A DNA stretch of 64,000 nucleotides. It comes from Phoronis australis (lineage: Eukaryota; Animalia; Phoronida). Positions 50,714 to 64,000 of the stretch are shown here, in pieces. Below the pieces are notes generated by a model, which saw only the letters and a program-made list of their open reading frames with translations, had not been told where the DNA came from and searched no databases. A program made the translations under genes and the position numbers. The stretch covers positions 522,343-586,342 of the forward strand of contig NMRA01000019.1 in assembly GCA_002633005.1 (NCBI GenBank). The letters run 5' to 3'. The stretch's first letter is position 1; each line of letters starts with the position of its first letter.

Positions 50714-52633
50714 CCATAAGCGTTATAGATGTAACAGTACAATTTTTTAAATCTAGTGAAAACATTAATTATACTTTATATGTATTCTTATATTATACAA
50801 TTGTATTTTTGGTTGAATAATTTGCTTTCATTATCCGCGTTTCTTCCTCTCACTCTCTTTGTCTTTTAGAGTCGATTTCTTTGGAAATGTAGCAACTTTG
50901 GCAAGCTTTCTGCGGGGGTTTATCTAAAACAAATGAACAGGCTTTCCCAATATCCCTGGTCAAAAAGCCGGGACACGCCCACCATAATATTAGGACGTTT
51001 GGGACAGATATAGACTTGGTGTTCAACATTAACCATTTTTTACGAAAAAATCATTTGAGTCCTAAAATCGACGAGATTACTCAAAGAATTACAGATACAT
51101 TTACAAAATTCGAGTAGAATTTGATTTTGTCAAATTTCGGTACGAAATCTTAAATATATTCTATCTGTCATCAACTAAGTTTCGGTAAAATTTTGGTTTT
51201 CTGTAGCAATTGCCTTTAAAAATGGGACAACAACAAATCGGTAATTGTTTTTTTTTGTGAAATAACTGGAAAATTACCGAAGTTAGTAGGTGCATTTGAG
51301 CGGTCGCTTGTACCCAGTGAGAACAACCCACAGCTTAACGATCTACTGTTAGTAAACACCTTTCACAATTAATTAATCATACACAGGAGCACAAACACAT
51401 CCCTTATACATTACTGCCAATAAGTACGAATTGTAATAGAGTATACCTGGAATAATTTGCCATGGTCTATACTGTCCGTTTTGAATTTGCCATTCCCTTT
51501 TGTCGCTACTGGTTTATTTGCCATTTGAATACATGTAACTCACGTGAAGTTCCTATTTTGTCTCGTCTACTCAGTTAACCGACGATCTCACTTCAGAAAA
51601 CAAGATGGATTTACATTCTGCTATCCGTCTCATTTATGTAATGAAGTTAACATTTTCCTTACTCGTTAACTAGGCAGTCCCGTTTCATAATAAAATGACT
51701 CGTGGTATCCGGCTTAGCCACGAATTTTGGCTTCATCCGATCGGACACAATACTCAGACCACATTCTAATGGGATATTTTATCATTCATAATACCTAGTC
51801 CTATTCTACATGTGACACGTTTCCAAATATCTCGTGCGTTTAAGCCTCGCGCATACAAAATGAGCAAAACAACTACAGTACAAACTGTACTTATACTCGG
51901 TACGATGCTCTGCCATTAACTCAACATGTATGGGGTTCGGGCCAATGAGATAAATTACGGGTATTACAGCTCATTGGTTCCGGCAATCATTAAGCATTTT
52001 TATCCACTGTTTTATCAAGGCAGTGGGACACCATCTCCGTGGTTGGTACAGTCAAACGGGTAATTCGTCGTTCTCGCCTAGGTCTCGAAAGTGACGGATT
52101 ATCTGAATGCACGTTAATTCACACCACTTGACTTTTATACTGACACAAACCACTTTCACGCCGCAGGGGTTGCTTACTACTAAATTCAAATATAAATTAA
52201 CTAATAGAATTAATTTAAAACACTTTTGCCCGCCTGACCATCAATCGCTCGTCATGACCATTATCAATGTAATTTTTTAACACACTTCCGCATTGTGAGC
52301 TGGCGTTGTTTACGTTTATATTGGAATACATGTTAACACTCAGATGTGCGGGAGTTCTATCTCGGGGGTACTTCATTAATTTTGAAGAGGGTGTCATCCT
52401 TTTAGAGAGACAGAAGTATAAAATGGGGTGGATGCCCATTTGTAGGAATCAAGCCTAGCTAGATAACAACTCTACCCCCTTTACTGACCGCAAAAAAACT
52501 AGCTGATCAAATCATGAAACCCTTTCTGTGGAGCTCTGTTGTAAAACAATGCCTTTGCAAGGTTTTTGACACATAAAGTGTGCCAGTCCACAACGATTCG
52601 GGCCGTGAAAAAAATAATACGTCCGACCGGCAC

Positions 52634-52708
52634 GCAGTGTGGCCTAGTGGGTGAATTTGAGTGTCTGCTTACTGCTTACAAGGTCGGAGCTTCGAATCCC
52701 ACTAGACC
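52634..52708 (+). mobile_element. tRNA-derived SINE head (also at 58980-59058)
   Basis: gtgtggcctagtgg A box ... ttcgaatccc B box; no intact cloverleaf. Confidence 0.5.
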
Positions 52709-53569
52709 TCACTGATAGAGCCTTGAGTCAGGTCTATGGCTCCTCAGCTCGGTCTTAATTTCTGTGTGTATGTCTATACGTGTGTTATATTTCTACCTGA
52801 ATAGTAATAAATGAACATGGATTCAGGTGTTTGGTGCAATGGGCTCGGCTGAGGTGCCTGCGCACGTCTAATGCAACGTGTATTGTACCACCTGCACTAT
52901 TTGTTTAAGTATTTGACCCATAAAATGAACCATTTCACGAGGATTATGGCCACGCCCATATACATATCGCCTAGGAAGTGCCAAAGAGTTCTTACCTTTC
53001 TGCGCGTAGAAGTGTGTTTAATCTATGCGTTCGTTAGCTTAATCTACGCGTAATTTTTGCTTAATCTAACCGTACTTCTAACCAGTTCATATAGTCCAAT
53101 CACGCCCCTGCTCTCAAATCTCAAAATTGCGGAAGACTTTCTACAGAGGATGCAATGTTGCAGATTCTTATCACGTGACCACGTGAATGATGTCGCCGTT
53201 AACTTTGTTAAGAGCATATATACAATTTCAAAAACAGAAAAAGAGTGACAGGGATCACTGGAGAAACGGAGTTTTGCATTTTAACATTATTCAGTTTTTC
53301 AACTGAACAGATTTTTGCGTATCAATTTTCTCGAACTTTTCAGAAAATGATAAAGTTATCGTTTTCAAGTTAGTGTAGGAGATACGTGCTGAATTTTTTT
53401 AAATGTGACCCCCCACGCCTCCCTTGCAGAAATGCATTTACAAAATGATATTGTGACTCGACACATGGCCCAATATACAGAGAGGACATAATCTTTCTGG
53501 TCTGCTAAGTTACAAGTGTGTACCCTTTTCAATCATTAGTGCATGCGTTGAACATATTAATCTTGCCAT

Positions 53570-54200
53570 ACCAGATCTAACATTATCATTGTCAATTACA
53601 TTTAAATAATTTTCAAAACATATGATTAATTAAAAAGTTCTGTAAGTTTCCAGCTAATTCAAATTGTTCAAAATTTCTTGCCATTTTGCTAATCAATATC
53701 TTTGCATCTCTGTTTAAACTTGATATGAAACGTGTCTCGGAACCTACACCCTGGTTGTACCATGCTTCTCCAAAACCAAGTCAAGGAGTAACGACCCATC
53801 TCACCTCTAGCATCCGATGCAATTGCTGTGCTAGGCAAATTTAAAATTTCTCTACAAAATTTTGTGTGAACTATTTCAATACATTCCTCCTCACTAAACC
53901 CCAGATCTCACAGCCATAATGAAGTATCTGCATGCAGTATCTTACAATCAAATGATTTCAAACTAACTTTAATGGCGAGTGCATTAAAACCACTGACATT
54001 TGTCCTCATTAAATTCACTGCCTTAGCAGCCTGCAACGATAAAGGTACATGTAGCGCCACCTCTCTGTTCCGCGGGGTTCACAAAACTTGGATATACTAC
54101 CGTAATACTTCAACAAGGACTTTAAAACCTGCCCAAAGTCCAATAAAACTGGTTCATAAGTGAATTTTCGACTTACGACTACGCAAGTGCAGCCGCGGGC
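53570..54200 (-). mobile_element. Decayed LINE (RTE-X/L2-like) ORF2 C-terminal fragment
   Basis: LQAAKAVNLM, SFDCKI..ILHYGCEIWG, IEIVHTKFCREILNLPSTAIASDARGEMGRY. Confidence 0.8.
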
Positions 54201-54967
54201 TATTTTCATTAACATTTCGCCCTCTTTTGTCTTGATAAAAGCGAAAATCGATCGAACGGAGCATTTTACTCTCCTCCTGATAAAATCGGTCTTATAACAT
54301 TTCTTACCGTCACCAACAAGATCACCGAAACCATCAGCGACTCAGGAAAACCAGTGTTTATTGGGATTGGCCAACCCTAAAATTATGAATTCGAAAATGA
54401 CGCGTGTACGCATTGCCCGTGACTTGAGCCGCCGGCCAGGTTCATTTGGCAACAACTCAAGATCAGATGAGAACGTGGGAACGTTGTGAAACCCCAAGGC
54501 GCTTGGGTTAAGAATTCAACAATGACAGCTAAAAATCATCTTGGGTAAAAATAAACCAGAGCGACTGTTTTCACCCCAAAGCCGCCCCTTGCACGCGTTT
54601 ACTATGAAGTAACTGACAATGTATTCAGGCTGTGAAAACCCTCAGTTCATGGAAATCTAAGTTGGGTGACAAACAGACAGATATATTTTACAAATCCGAA
54701 GTGCCTGAAAAGTACCCGAGTTTTTTGCTAAATGTCAACATCCAGCTTGCCAACTTGGGTACGAAAGGGAGTCCGTTATGGATTTTATGGCACAAATACA
54801 TGTTTTGAGAATTATTGTTGAATGGGATAGACATTTTGAAGTCATTAGGTGTTGGCCAGAGCTCTATCTAATTTTGCGATTCAAATCGCCAGTTCTCACC
54901 ACACATTCGCTGACATCAAGGCAGGTGACTAGTTCAACGTTTGCCTGATTCTATGCCATTTATCAAG

Positions 54968-55038
54968 TGGGATTTAGCACCGTTAACAGAGCGCCTCGTT
55001 TTGACCGCGACGGTGCAGGGTCGATTCCGCGCTGTGGC
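54968..55038 (+). mobile_element. tRNA-like SINE head (also at 61307-61378)
   Basis: ggatttagcac...ggt(t)cgattcc B box. Confidence 0.35.
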
Positions 55039-55629
55039 TGATCTCACCAGGAAGAAAGTCACTTTTCTCCCCGATAATGTGCCTTCAACTGAGAAAAGAA
55101 ACTAGTAAGTTAAAAATTGGTCAAGGGGTCAACACCTATGATTCTTTCAATCAGAAGAAACTTAAAAACCAGGTAAATCGAATTTAGCAGCTTTCTCAGG
55201 CAATACAAAACTAAAAATTGTAAACTCAACCTTAGCTCCATTTTGAGTGCCACCTAAGCTATAACTTTTAATCTGTACTAGTTGACACTGGCTCACTTAA
55301 CGATTGATTTCCACTAAGTCATCTAATTGGTTTGTAAGCCGGAAAATCCATCAAAAACCAATCAGATGTCCTAACCGGTTGACCTCGTTGGCTCCAGTGA
55401 GCAGTCGGCTTGGTGCAAGCAGAAAATACACTCACTTTTCACTATATTGACTTCCTCACTTTTGGAAAATCGCGTGAGTTGACTTGCCTGATGGTGTCGC
55501 TTCAGTGTTGTATATTTACAACAAACTAACACCAGCGGACATGTGCGGAGATGCCTTGCCGTTACCCAGCTGTCATCATCTTGGAACTTAATGTAAACAG
55601 TGGCGGATCTAACATACCATAACGGGGGG

Positions 55630-56380
55630 NNNNNNNNNNNNNNNNNNNNNNNNNNNNNNNNNNNNNNNNNNNNNNNNNNNNNNNNNNNNNNNNNNNNNNN
55701 NNNNNNNNNNNNNNNNNNNNNNNNNNNNNNNNNNNNNNNNNNNNNNNNNNNNNNNNNNNNNNNNNNNNNNNNNNNNNNNNNNNNNNNNNNNNNNNNNNNN
55801 NNNNNNNNNNNNNNNNNNNNNNNNNNNNNNNNNNNNNNNNNNNNNNNNNNNNNNNNNNNNNNNNNNNNNNNNNNNNNNNNNNNNNNNNNNNNNNNNNNNN
55901 NNNNNNNNNNNNNNNNNNNNNNNNNNNNNNNNNNNNNNNNNNNNNNNNNNNNNNNNNNNNNNNNNNNNNNNNNNNNNNNNNNNNNNNNNNNNNNNNNNNN
56001 NNNNNNNNNNNNNNNNNNNNNNNNNNNNNNNNNNNNNNNNNNNNNNNNNNNNNNNNNNNNNNNNNNNNNNNNNNNNNNNNNNNNNNNNNNNNNNNNNNNN
56101 NNNNNNNNNNNNNNNNNNNNNNNNNNNNNNNNNNNNNNNNNNNNNNNNNNNNNNNNNNNNNNNNNNNNNNNNNNNNNNNNNNNNNNNNNNNNNNNNNNNN
56201 NNNNNNNNNNNNNNNNNNNNNNNNNNNNNNNNNNNNNNNNNNNNNNNNNNNNNNNNNNNNNNNNNNNNNNNNNNNNNNNNNNNNNNNNNNNNNNNNNNNN
56301 NNNNNNNNNNNNNNNNNNNNNNNNNNNNNNNNNNNNNNNNNNNNNNNNNNNNNNNNNNNNNNNNNNNNNNNNNNNNNNNN
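55630..56380. other. Assembly gap (N run)
   Basis: Run of n. Confidence 1.
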
Positions 56381-56887
56381 CCAATTTCAAGTGTCAAATT
56401 CGGAACACTGCGCATTCGTAACGGAACTATGGCTAAGTATAGGCTCTCCCGCGATATCCCAGGCGACCGGCAGTGGCGCTGCGCACTACGACTCCGTTTT
56501 CGTCGTCTGCTCCACTGTGCAATGAAGAAAATTTACTTCATTTTTTAAAGAGAATGGAACCTGAGTGACGATGAAAAAACAGAAGCTGCTGGTAAGATGT
56601 GAATTTCAATCGAAGCCTTAGTGAATCACTCAGAAACTCGCAATACTCTCTTTGTCAAACCTTAACTTAGACGATTTCCAAAGCAATCCCGTCATTATTG
56701 CCAACTCGAAAAACGGATTTGGTCTTTTGGGCATTTGAAGACTATTTTAAATACGACAAATTTGTTAAGAATTCATGGCACAAAATATAAAACGTGTAAT
56801 AAGCAATACGAAAAGAAGTAGGCTTCGCGCGCAAACGCTGTGGACCATAAACAAGTAGGTCTTTTAGCAAGAGAGTAGTAGTTGAAT

Positions 56888-56950
56888 CGTGATGGTGTAG
56901 TGGTAACGCACGCGCTCTCTAACCGCGAGGTCGTGAGTTCAAGTCTTTGT
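56888..56950 (+). mobile_element. tRNA-like Pol III promoter remnant inside the hAT element
   Basis: gatggtgtagtggtaa (A box) ... gtgagttcaagtc (B box). Confidence 0.5.
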
Positions 56951-57189
56951 TACGTTCAGTTTTCCTGTTGGACACGGTCTCTGTTTTTTTTTTCTTCAAT
57001 AATACTTTAGGAATCAAGGAAAATGCTTGATTTTTAGAGGTAAAAACAAAAATTTTGGCTGGGCGGGAGGGGGGCAGACCTCCCCCCATTCGGTGCTATG
57101 CGCATCTACAATCGTGGTTCAGTTTGCGCAAATGCTTACAGCCGAACAAAATGTTGGGCCCCCCTTGTGATATCCTAGATCCGCCACTG

Positions 57190-60100
57190 TATTATACAAT
57201 TGTATTTTTGGTTGAATAATTTGCTTTCATTATCCGCGTTTCTTTCTCTCACTCTCTTTGTCTTTTAGAGTCAATTTCTTTGGAAATGTAGCAACTTTGG
57301 CAAGCTTTCTGCGGGGGTTTATCTAAAACAAATGAACAGGTTTTCCCAATATCCCTGGTCAAAAAGCCGGGACACGCCCACTATAATATTAGGACGTTTG
57401 GGACAGATATAGACTTGTTTGGTGTTGAACATTAACCATTTTTTACGGAAAAAATCATTTGAGTCCTAAGATCGACGAGATTACTCAAAGAATTACAGAT
57501 ACATTTACAAAATACAAGTAGATCAAATTTCGGTACGAAATCTTAAATATATTCTATCTGTCATCAACTAACTTTCGGTAAAATTTTGGTTTTATGTAGC
57601 AATTGCCTTTAAAAATGGGAAAACAATAAATCGGTAATTGTTTTTTTGTGAAATAACTGGAAAATTACCGAAGTTAGTAGGTGCATTTGAGCGGTCACTT
57701 GTACCCAGTGAGAACATCCCACAGAATAACGATCTACTGTTAGTAAACACATTTCACAACTAATTAATCATACACACAAGCACAAACACATCCCTTATAC
57801 ATTACTGCCAATATGTACGAATTGTAATAGAGTATACCTGGAATAATTTGCCATGGTCTATACCGTACGTTTTGAATTTGCCATTCTCTTTTGTCGCTAC
57901 TGGTTTATTTGCCATTTGAATACATGTAACTCACGTGAAGTTCCTATTTTGTCTCGTCTACTCACGACGACCGACGATCTTACTTCAGAAAACAAGATGG
58001 AATTACATTCTGCTCTGTCTCTCATTTATGCAATGCAGTTAACATTTTCCTTACTCGTGAACTAGACAGTCCCATTTCAAAATAAAATGACTCGTAGTAT
58101 ACGGCTTAGCCACGAATTTTGGCTTCATCGGACACGATACTCAGACCACATTCTAATGGGATATTTTATCATTCATAATACCTAGTCCTATTCTACATGT
58201 GAAACGTTTCCAAGTATCTCGTGCGTTTAAGCCTCGCGCATACAAAATGAGCAAAACAACTACAGTACAAACTGTACTTATACTAGGTACGATGCTCTGC
58301 CATTAACTCAACATGTATGGGGTTCGGGCCAATGGGATAAATTAAGGGTATATTTACAGCTCATTGGTCCGGCAATCATTAAGCTTTTTTATCCACCACT
58401 TTATCGAGGCAGTGGGATGACACCATCTCATGTGACAGTCGAACGGGCAATTCGTCGTTCTCGCCTAGGTGTCGAAAGTGCACGTTATTTCACACCACTT
58501 GAGTTTTACACTGACACAAACCACTTTCACGCCGCAGGGGTTGCTTACTACTAAATTCAAATATAAATTAACTAATAGAATTGAAACACTTTGGCCCGCC
58601 TGACCATCAATCGCTCGTCATGACCATTATCAATGTAATTTTTTAACACACTTCCGCATTGTTAGCTGGCGTTGTTTACGTTTATATTGGAATACATGTT
58701 AACACTCAGATGTGCGGGAGTTCTGTCTCGGGGGGTACTTCATTAATTTTGAGGGGGGTGTCATCTTTTTAGAGAGACAGAAGTATAAAATGGGATCAAG
58801 CCTAGGTAGATAACAACTCTACCCCCTTTACTGACCGCAAACAAACTAGCTGATCAAAGTATGAAACCCGTTCTGTGGAGTTGTGTTGTAAAACAATGGA
58901 TTTGCAAGGTTTTTGACACATAAAGTGTGCCATTCCACAACGATTCGGGCCGTGAAAAAACAACACGTCCGACCGGCACGCAGTGTGGCCTAGTGGATTA
59001 ATTTGAGTGTCCGGCTGCTTACTGCTTACAAGGTCGGAGCTTCGAATCCCACTAGACCTCACTGATAGAGCCTTGAGTCAGGTCTATAGCTCCTCAGCTC
59101 GGTCTTGATTTCTGTGTGTATGTCTATATGTGTGTTATACGTCTACATGAATAGTAATAAATGAACATGGATTCAGGTGTTTGGTGCAGTGAGCTCGGCT
59201 GAGCTGTCTGCGCACGTCTAATGCAACGTGTATTGTACCACCTGCACTATTTTTTTAAGTATTTGACCCATAAAATGAACCATTTCACGAGGATTCTGGC
59301 CACGCCCATATACATATCGCCTATGAAGTGCCAAAGAGTTCTTACCTTTCTGCGCGTAGAAGTGTGTTTAATCTATGCGTTCGTTAGCTTAATCTACGCG
59401 TAATTCTTGCTTAATCTTCTAACCAGTTCATATAGTCCAATCACGCCCCTGCTCTCAAATCTCAAAATTGCGGAAGACTTTCTACAGAGGGTGCAATGTT
59501 GCAGATTCTTATCACGTGACCACGTGAATGATGGCGCCGTTAACTTTGTTAAGAGCACATATACAATTTCAAAAACAGAAAAAGAGTGACAGGGATCACT
59601 GGAGAAACGGAGTTTTGCATTTTAACATTATTCAGTTTTTCAACTGAACAGATTTTTGCGTATCAATTTTCTCGAACTTTTCAGAAAATGATAAAGTTAT
59701 CGTTTTCAAGTTAGTGTAGGAGATACGTGCTGAATTTTTTTAAATGTGACCCCCCACGCCTCCCTTGCAGAAATGCATTTACAAAATGATATTGTGACTC
59801 GACACATGGCCCAATATACAGAGAGGACATAATCTTTCTGGTCTGCTAAGTTACAAGTGTGTACCCTTTTCAATCATTAGTGCATGCGTTGAACATATTA
59901 ATCTTGCCATACCAGATCTAACATTATCATTGTCAATTACATTTAAATAATTTTCAAAACATATGATTAATTAAAAAGTTCTGTAAGTTTCCAGCTAATT
60001 CAAATTGTTCAAAATTTCTTGCCATTTTGCTAATCAATATCTTTGCATCTCTGTTTAAACTTGATATGAAACGTGTCTCGGAACCTACACCCTGGTTGTA

Positions 60101-61770
60101 CCATGCTTCTCCAAAACCAAGTCAAGGAGTAACGACCCATCTCACCTCTAGCATCCGATGCAATTGCTGTGCTAGGCAAATTTAAAATTTCTCTACAAAA
60201 TTTTGTGTGAACTATTTCAATACATTCCTCCTCACTAAACCCCAGATCTCACAGCCATAATGAAGTATCTGCAGTATCTTACAATCGAATGATTTCAAAC
60301 TAACTTTAATGGCGAGTGCATTAAAACCACTGACATTTATCCTCATTAAATTCACTGCCTTAGCAGCCTGCAACGATAAAGGTACATGTAGCGCCACCTC
60401 TCTGTTCCGCGGGGTTCACAAAACTTGGATATACTACCGTAATACTTGAACAAGGACTTTAAAACCTGCCCAAAGTCCAATAAAACTGGTTCAAAAGTGA
60501 ATTTTCGTCTTACGACTACGCAAGTGCAGCCGCGGGCTATTTTCATTAACATTTCGCCCTCTTTAGTCTTGATAAAAGCGAAAATCGATCGAACGGAGCA
60601 TTTTACTCTCCTCCTGATAAAATCGGTCTTATAACTTTTCTTACCGTCACCAACAAGATCACCGAAACCATCAGCGACTCAAGAAAACACATTAGTGTTT
60701 ATTGGGATTGGCCAACCCTAAAATTATGAATTCGAAAATGACGCGTGTACGCATTGCCCATGACTTGAGCCGCCGGCCGGGTTCATTTGGCAACAACTCA
60801 AGATCAGATGAGAACGTGGGAACGTTGTGAAACCCCAAGGCGCTTGGGTTAAGAATTCAACAATGACAGCTAAAAATCGTCCTGGGTAAAAATAAACCGG
60901 AGCGTCTGTTTTCATCCCAAAGCCGCCCCTTGCACGCGTTTACTATGAAGTAACTGACAATGTATTCAGGCTGTGAAAACCCTCAGTTAATGGAAATCTA
61001 AGTTGGGTGCCGAACAGACAGGTATATTTTACAAATCCAAAGTGCCTGAAAAGTACCCGAGTTTTCTGTCAACATCCAGCTTGCCAACTTGGGTACGAAA
61101 GGGAGTCCGTTATGGATTTTATGGCACAAATACATGTTTTGAGAATTATTGTTGAATGGGATAGACATTTTGAAGTCATTAGCTCATAGTGTTGGGCAGA
61201 GCTCTATCTAATTTTGCGATTCAAATCGCCAGTTCTCACCACACATTCGCTGACATCAAGGCAGGTGACTAGTTCAACGTTTGCCTGATTCTATGCCATT
61301 TATCAAGTGGGATTTAGCACCGTTAACAGAGCGCCTCGTTTTGACCGCGAGGGTGCAGGTTCGATTCCGCGCTGTGGCTGATCTCACCAGGAAGAAAGTC
61401 ACTTTTTTCCCCGATAATGTGCCTTCAACTGAGAAAAGAAACTAGTAAGTTAAAAATTGGTCAAGGTGTCAACACCTATGATTCTTTCAATCAGAAGAAA
61501 CTTAAAAACCAGGTAAATCGAATTTAGCACCTTTCTCAGGCAATACAAAACTAAAAATTGTAAACTCAACCTTAGCTCCATTTTGAGTGCCACCAAAGCT
61601 ATAACTTTTAATCTGTACTAGTTGACACTGGCTCACTTAACGATTGATTTCCACTAAGTCATCTAATTGGTTTGTAAGCCGGAAAATCCATCAAAAACCA
61701 ATCAGATGTCCTAACCGGTTGACCTCGTTGGCTCCAGTGAGCAGTCGGCTTGGTGCAAGCAGAAAATACA
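57190..61770 (+). repeat. Duplicated segment 3, copy B
   Basis: Starts right after a hAT TIR and ends at the n at 61771. Confidence 0.95.
59910..60540 (-). mobile_element. Same LINE fragment in duplicate copy B
   Basis: ORF 60212-60397 reads LKSFDCKILQILHYGCEIWG. Confidence 0.8.
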
Positions 61771-61771
61771 N

Positions 61772-61880
61772 GTTACTGACCTCATTATTTCCTCACGCTT
61801 CTCGCTGTTGCTCTTTCATTTTGCTTGCGGCAGCCAAATTAAGGGGGGGCGGGCCCCCTGCCCCCCTAAATCCGCCTATG
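61772..61880 (-). mobile_element. hAT-type MITE terminus (same family as 27424)
   Basis: Ends ccccctaaatccgcctatg, the reverse complement of cataggcggatttaggggg. Confidence 0.7.
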
Positions 61881-64000
61881 AATTCTTGTGATAAGGGAAC
61901 CAATCTGTGTCCTTGTTGGGAGGGTCAGCCTTCGTTGTTAAGTTACTTGACGTCGTTTCTGTGACCTATCATGAGCAAGAATAAAATTTAATGGGAGCCG
62001 TCTAAACTCAGCACGGCTACTCGAATATGTCACACTTATACAATAGATGGCGCTTTAGCAAGGCCGCCTCAGGTGTCTTACAATGAACGAGCTGACACAT
62101 CGCGCCTGCTGTCGAGCGAATGCAAATAACAACTAAAGAAATGCTTTTGGGCGTGAATTTGACAAAGCTTTAAAAATAATCCCTTGACTCACTAAACTGT
62201 TTTTAGCATCTAAGCACAATTGGCAACATACAAGTATTGATAACTTAATTTCGGCGTTTTTCGTTGTATTGCGCTGGATTCTTGATGGACGAATTCAGAG
62301 ATTTACAGGAGTTATCTCTCGCGACAAACCGTTTATCGACGCTTGCACGTACCACAACAGTAACGTTCCAACATCTATGCACGTAGTCTGTATAATCCGT
62401 TAAAAACATTTTCGAGCATGGGACCAGTCTGAACATGAATCAAAGCATGGCACAACCAAAAAGTAACATCATTTAGTAACTCATACTTCACGCGTTGTCA
62501 TCGAAACCGTCTGGTTCCATCGATGTGGTTTGTAAAGGACCTATTAGAAATGTCCACAATCGATCTAATAAGATTGTTGTGGTCCTTTAAGTCTAATGTA
62601 GACCCTCTTATCACCGTGTATACAACGAAATATACTTTTAATGGTCTGCGTATTAGACAGTCGACGCCAGGGATTAAGGGATTTCTTCATACAAAAAAGA
62701 AGTCGATTATGACAGAAAATTATTAATTATACTAATATTCTTTTGACTTATCGCTCTGTGATTTGAGTTGGCAGAGTCTAGCTCTAAGTCCGTATCATGA
62801 AAGACTTTGGGAATCGCTCTTTGGCACTGATAAAGCCATATCAATTTCATGTTTTTGACATGCTCACACCCACCAAGTTGTTAACAATATTTCAAGTGAT
62901 ATATATATTGTAGACGACCTCTTGCGAAGGTTATTTTACCTCAGCTGTTAAAAAAAAACGTAAGAATTGTTTTCAATAGTTACATTCATCTCCAGATTGG
63001 TCTTAATATTTGAATTGTAAAAATAATAGCAAATATTCTTAGATATTTTTTAAACGTCATTCCTTGTATATTGTATTGTCTAACATTCTGGCACGAATTT
63101 TTTTTAATAATAATATTATTTCTTCCATTTTTCTCTTTTGTACCATACAACCTTGCCGTTACCAGGTGTAATTTTAACTCGGTAATATTAAAAGTTGGAA
63201 AAAGGCATTTAATTCTTAATAAGAGAATCAACTACGCACATAAGTTGCGTGAGCTATGGCGAAGCTCTAAATTAATCTACATTTTTAATTTAATTCTATT
63301 TATCAATTCGTAAAATGTTAACATTTATTTACATTCTGAAACAGGGCGTAGAATTTGATTTTTAAGTTATTCCCAGAAATCTTTGGTTAACGTTATATTC
63401 GTTTACACAAATGTAAAACATGATCCAACAGGGCTATGCTAGCTTCATGGTACCTCCTTACCCTTGTATTAGCGTTTCGCATTAAACACCAGCCGGAACT
63501 TAAAAATAAAGCCAAGGCGATAACGTGATTATGGGAATTTTAAGTCAGTAAAACTGCATTCCACTGATAATACGTCTAAAACAAATATATTAAAATGTTT
63601 TGACAACTAATTTCTCTAACAGTCGGTACTCGGCTGTCTCGCTACCCCTTCCTATCTGATAAGGCCTCTTGATTTTAATCAAAAGTATGTCCCATACCTT
63701 GCAACATTTCAACTCAGGAGTAACACGGCGAGGACCTAGCTTGACCGAGACAGGTTGGCGAGAAATGCGTGATAACGAACTGATAGGTTCTATCAAAATA
63801 ATCATCTTCATAAGTGTACGAGAATCCGATAATAACGCAAATGTCAGGCTGTGAAGAGATATCGATAAGAAGACACGAGATGAGCCTAGCTACGAATTAT
63901 CGTTTGAATGTGGAACGCGCGAGGCGTGAACGAAAATTGTGCGCATTTCTTTTCTATCTCTTTTCTTAAATGCACGAAAAACGTATAAAATTGCAACAAA

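Larger units (their letters stand above)
50791..55430 (+). repeat. Duplicated segment 3, copy A (copy B at 57190-61770)
   Basis: Collinear near-identity from tattatacaattg to gcagaaaataca. Confidence 0.95.
55598..57189. mobile_element. hAT-type non-autonomous element ends bridging the gap
   Basis: TIR cagtggcggatcta (55598) / tagatccgccactg (57176-57189). The flanking 8-mers differ (aatgtaaa vs tattatac), so these are probably ends of two different insertions. Confidence 0.75.

Noticed and set aside
52634-52708. Functional tRNA genes here and at 17640, 54968 and 56888
   Set aside because: A/B boxes are present, but acceptor and anticodon stems do not close; better explained as SINE heads.
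55371-56421. Long ORFs (268-339 aa) spanning the second N gap
   Set aside because: Artefacts of the N run.
62245-63854. Short ORFs near the window end
   Set aside because: 60-80 aa, no recognisable motifs and no consistent splice chain.

Overview
AT-rich, repeat-dense eukaryotic (metazoan) genomic DNA, probably a polymorphic marine invertebrate draft assembly (inference). The only solid host gene is the 3' part of a LIV-1/ZIP13-type zinc transporter (SLC39A13-like, + strand). It has seven coding exons between 2409 and 16764, with canonical GT-AG sites, consistent phases and the HEVPHEVGD motif; its 5' exons appear to lie outside the window. Its introns hold several fossils recognised by eye: a frameshifted cGAS/Mab-21-like (cGLR) nucleotidyltransferase pseudogene (~13.13-14.04 kb), a two-gene THAP-DDE plus SWIM/YqaJ DNA transposon remnant, a second THAP remnant, a Gypsy pol fragment and a foldback element with arms of at least 730 bp. 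The remaining 47 kb is intergenic: MITEs, hAT-type ends, tRNA-derived SINE heads, a LINE 3' fragment and minisatellites. It also has three large near-identical tandem duplications, each abutting an N, which look like uncollapsed haplotypes differing by transposon insertions. There are no prokaryotic features, CRISPR arrays or convincing RNA genes. Fossil identifications rest on manual motif recognition across frameshifts and need profile searches.
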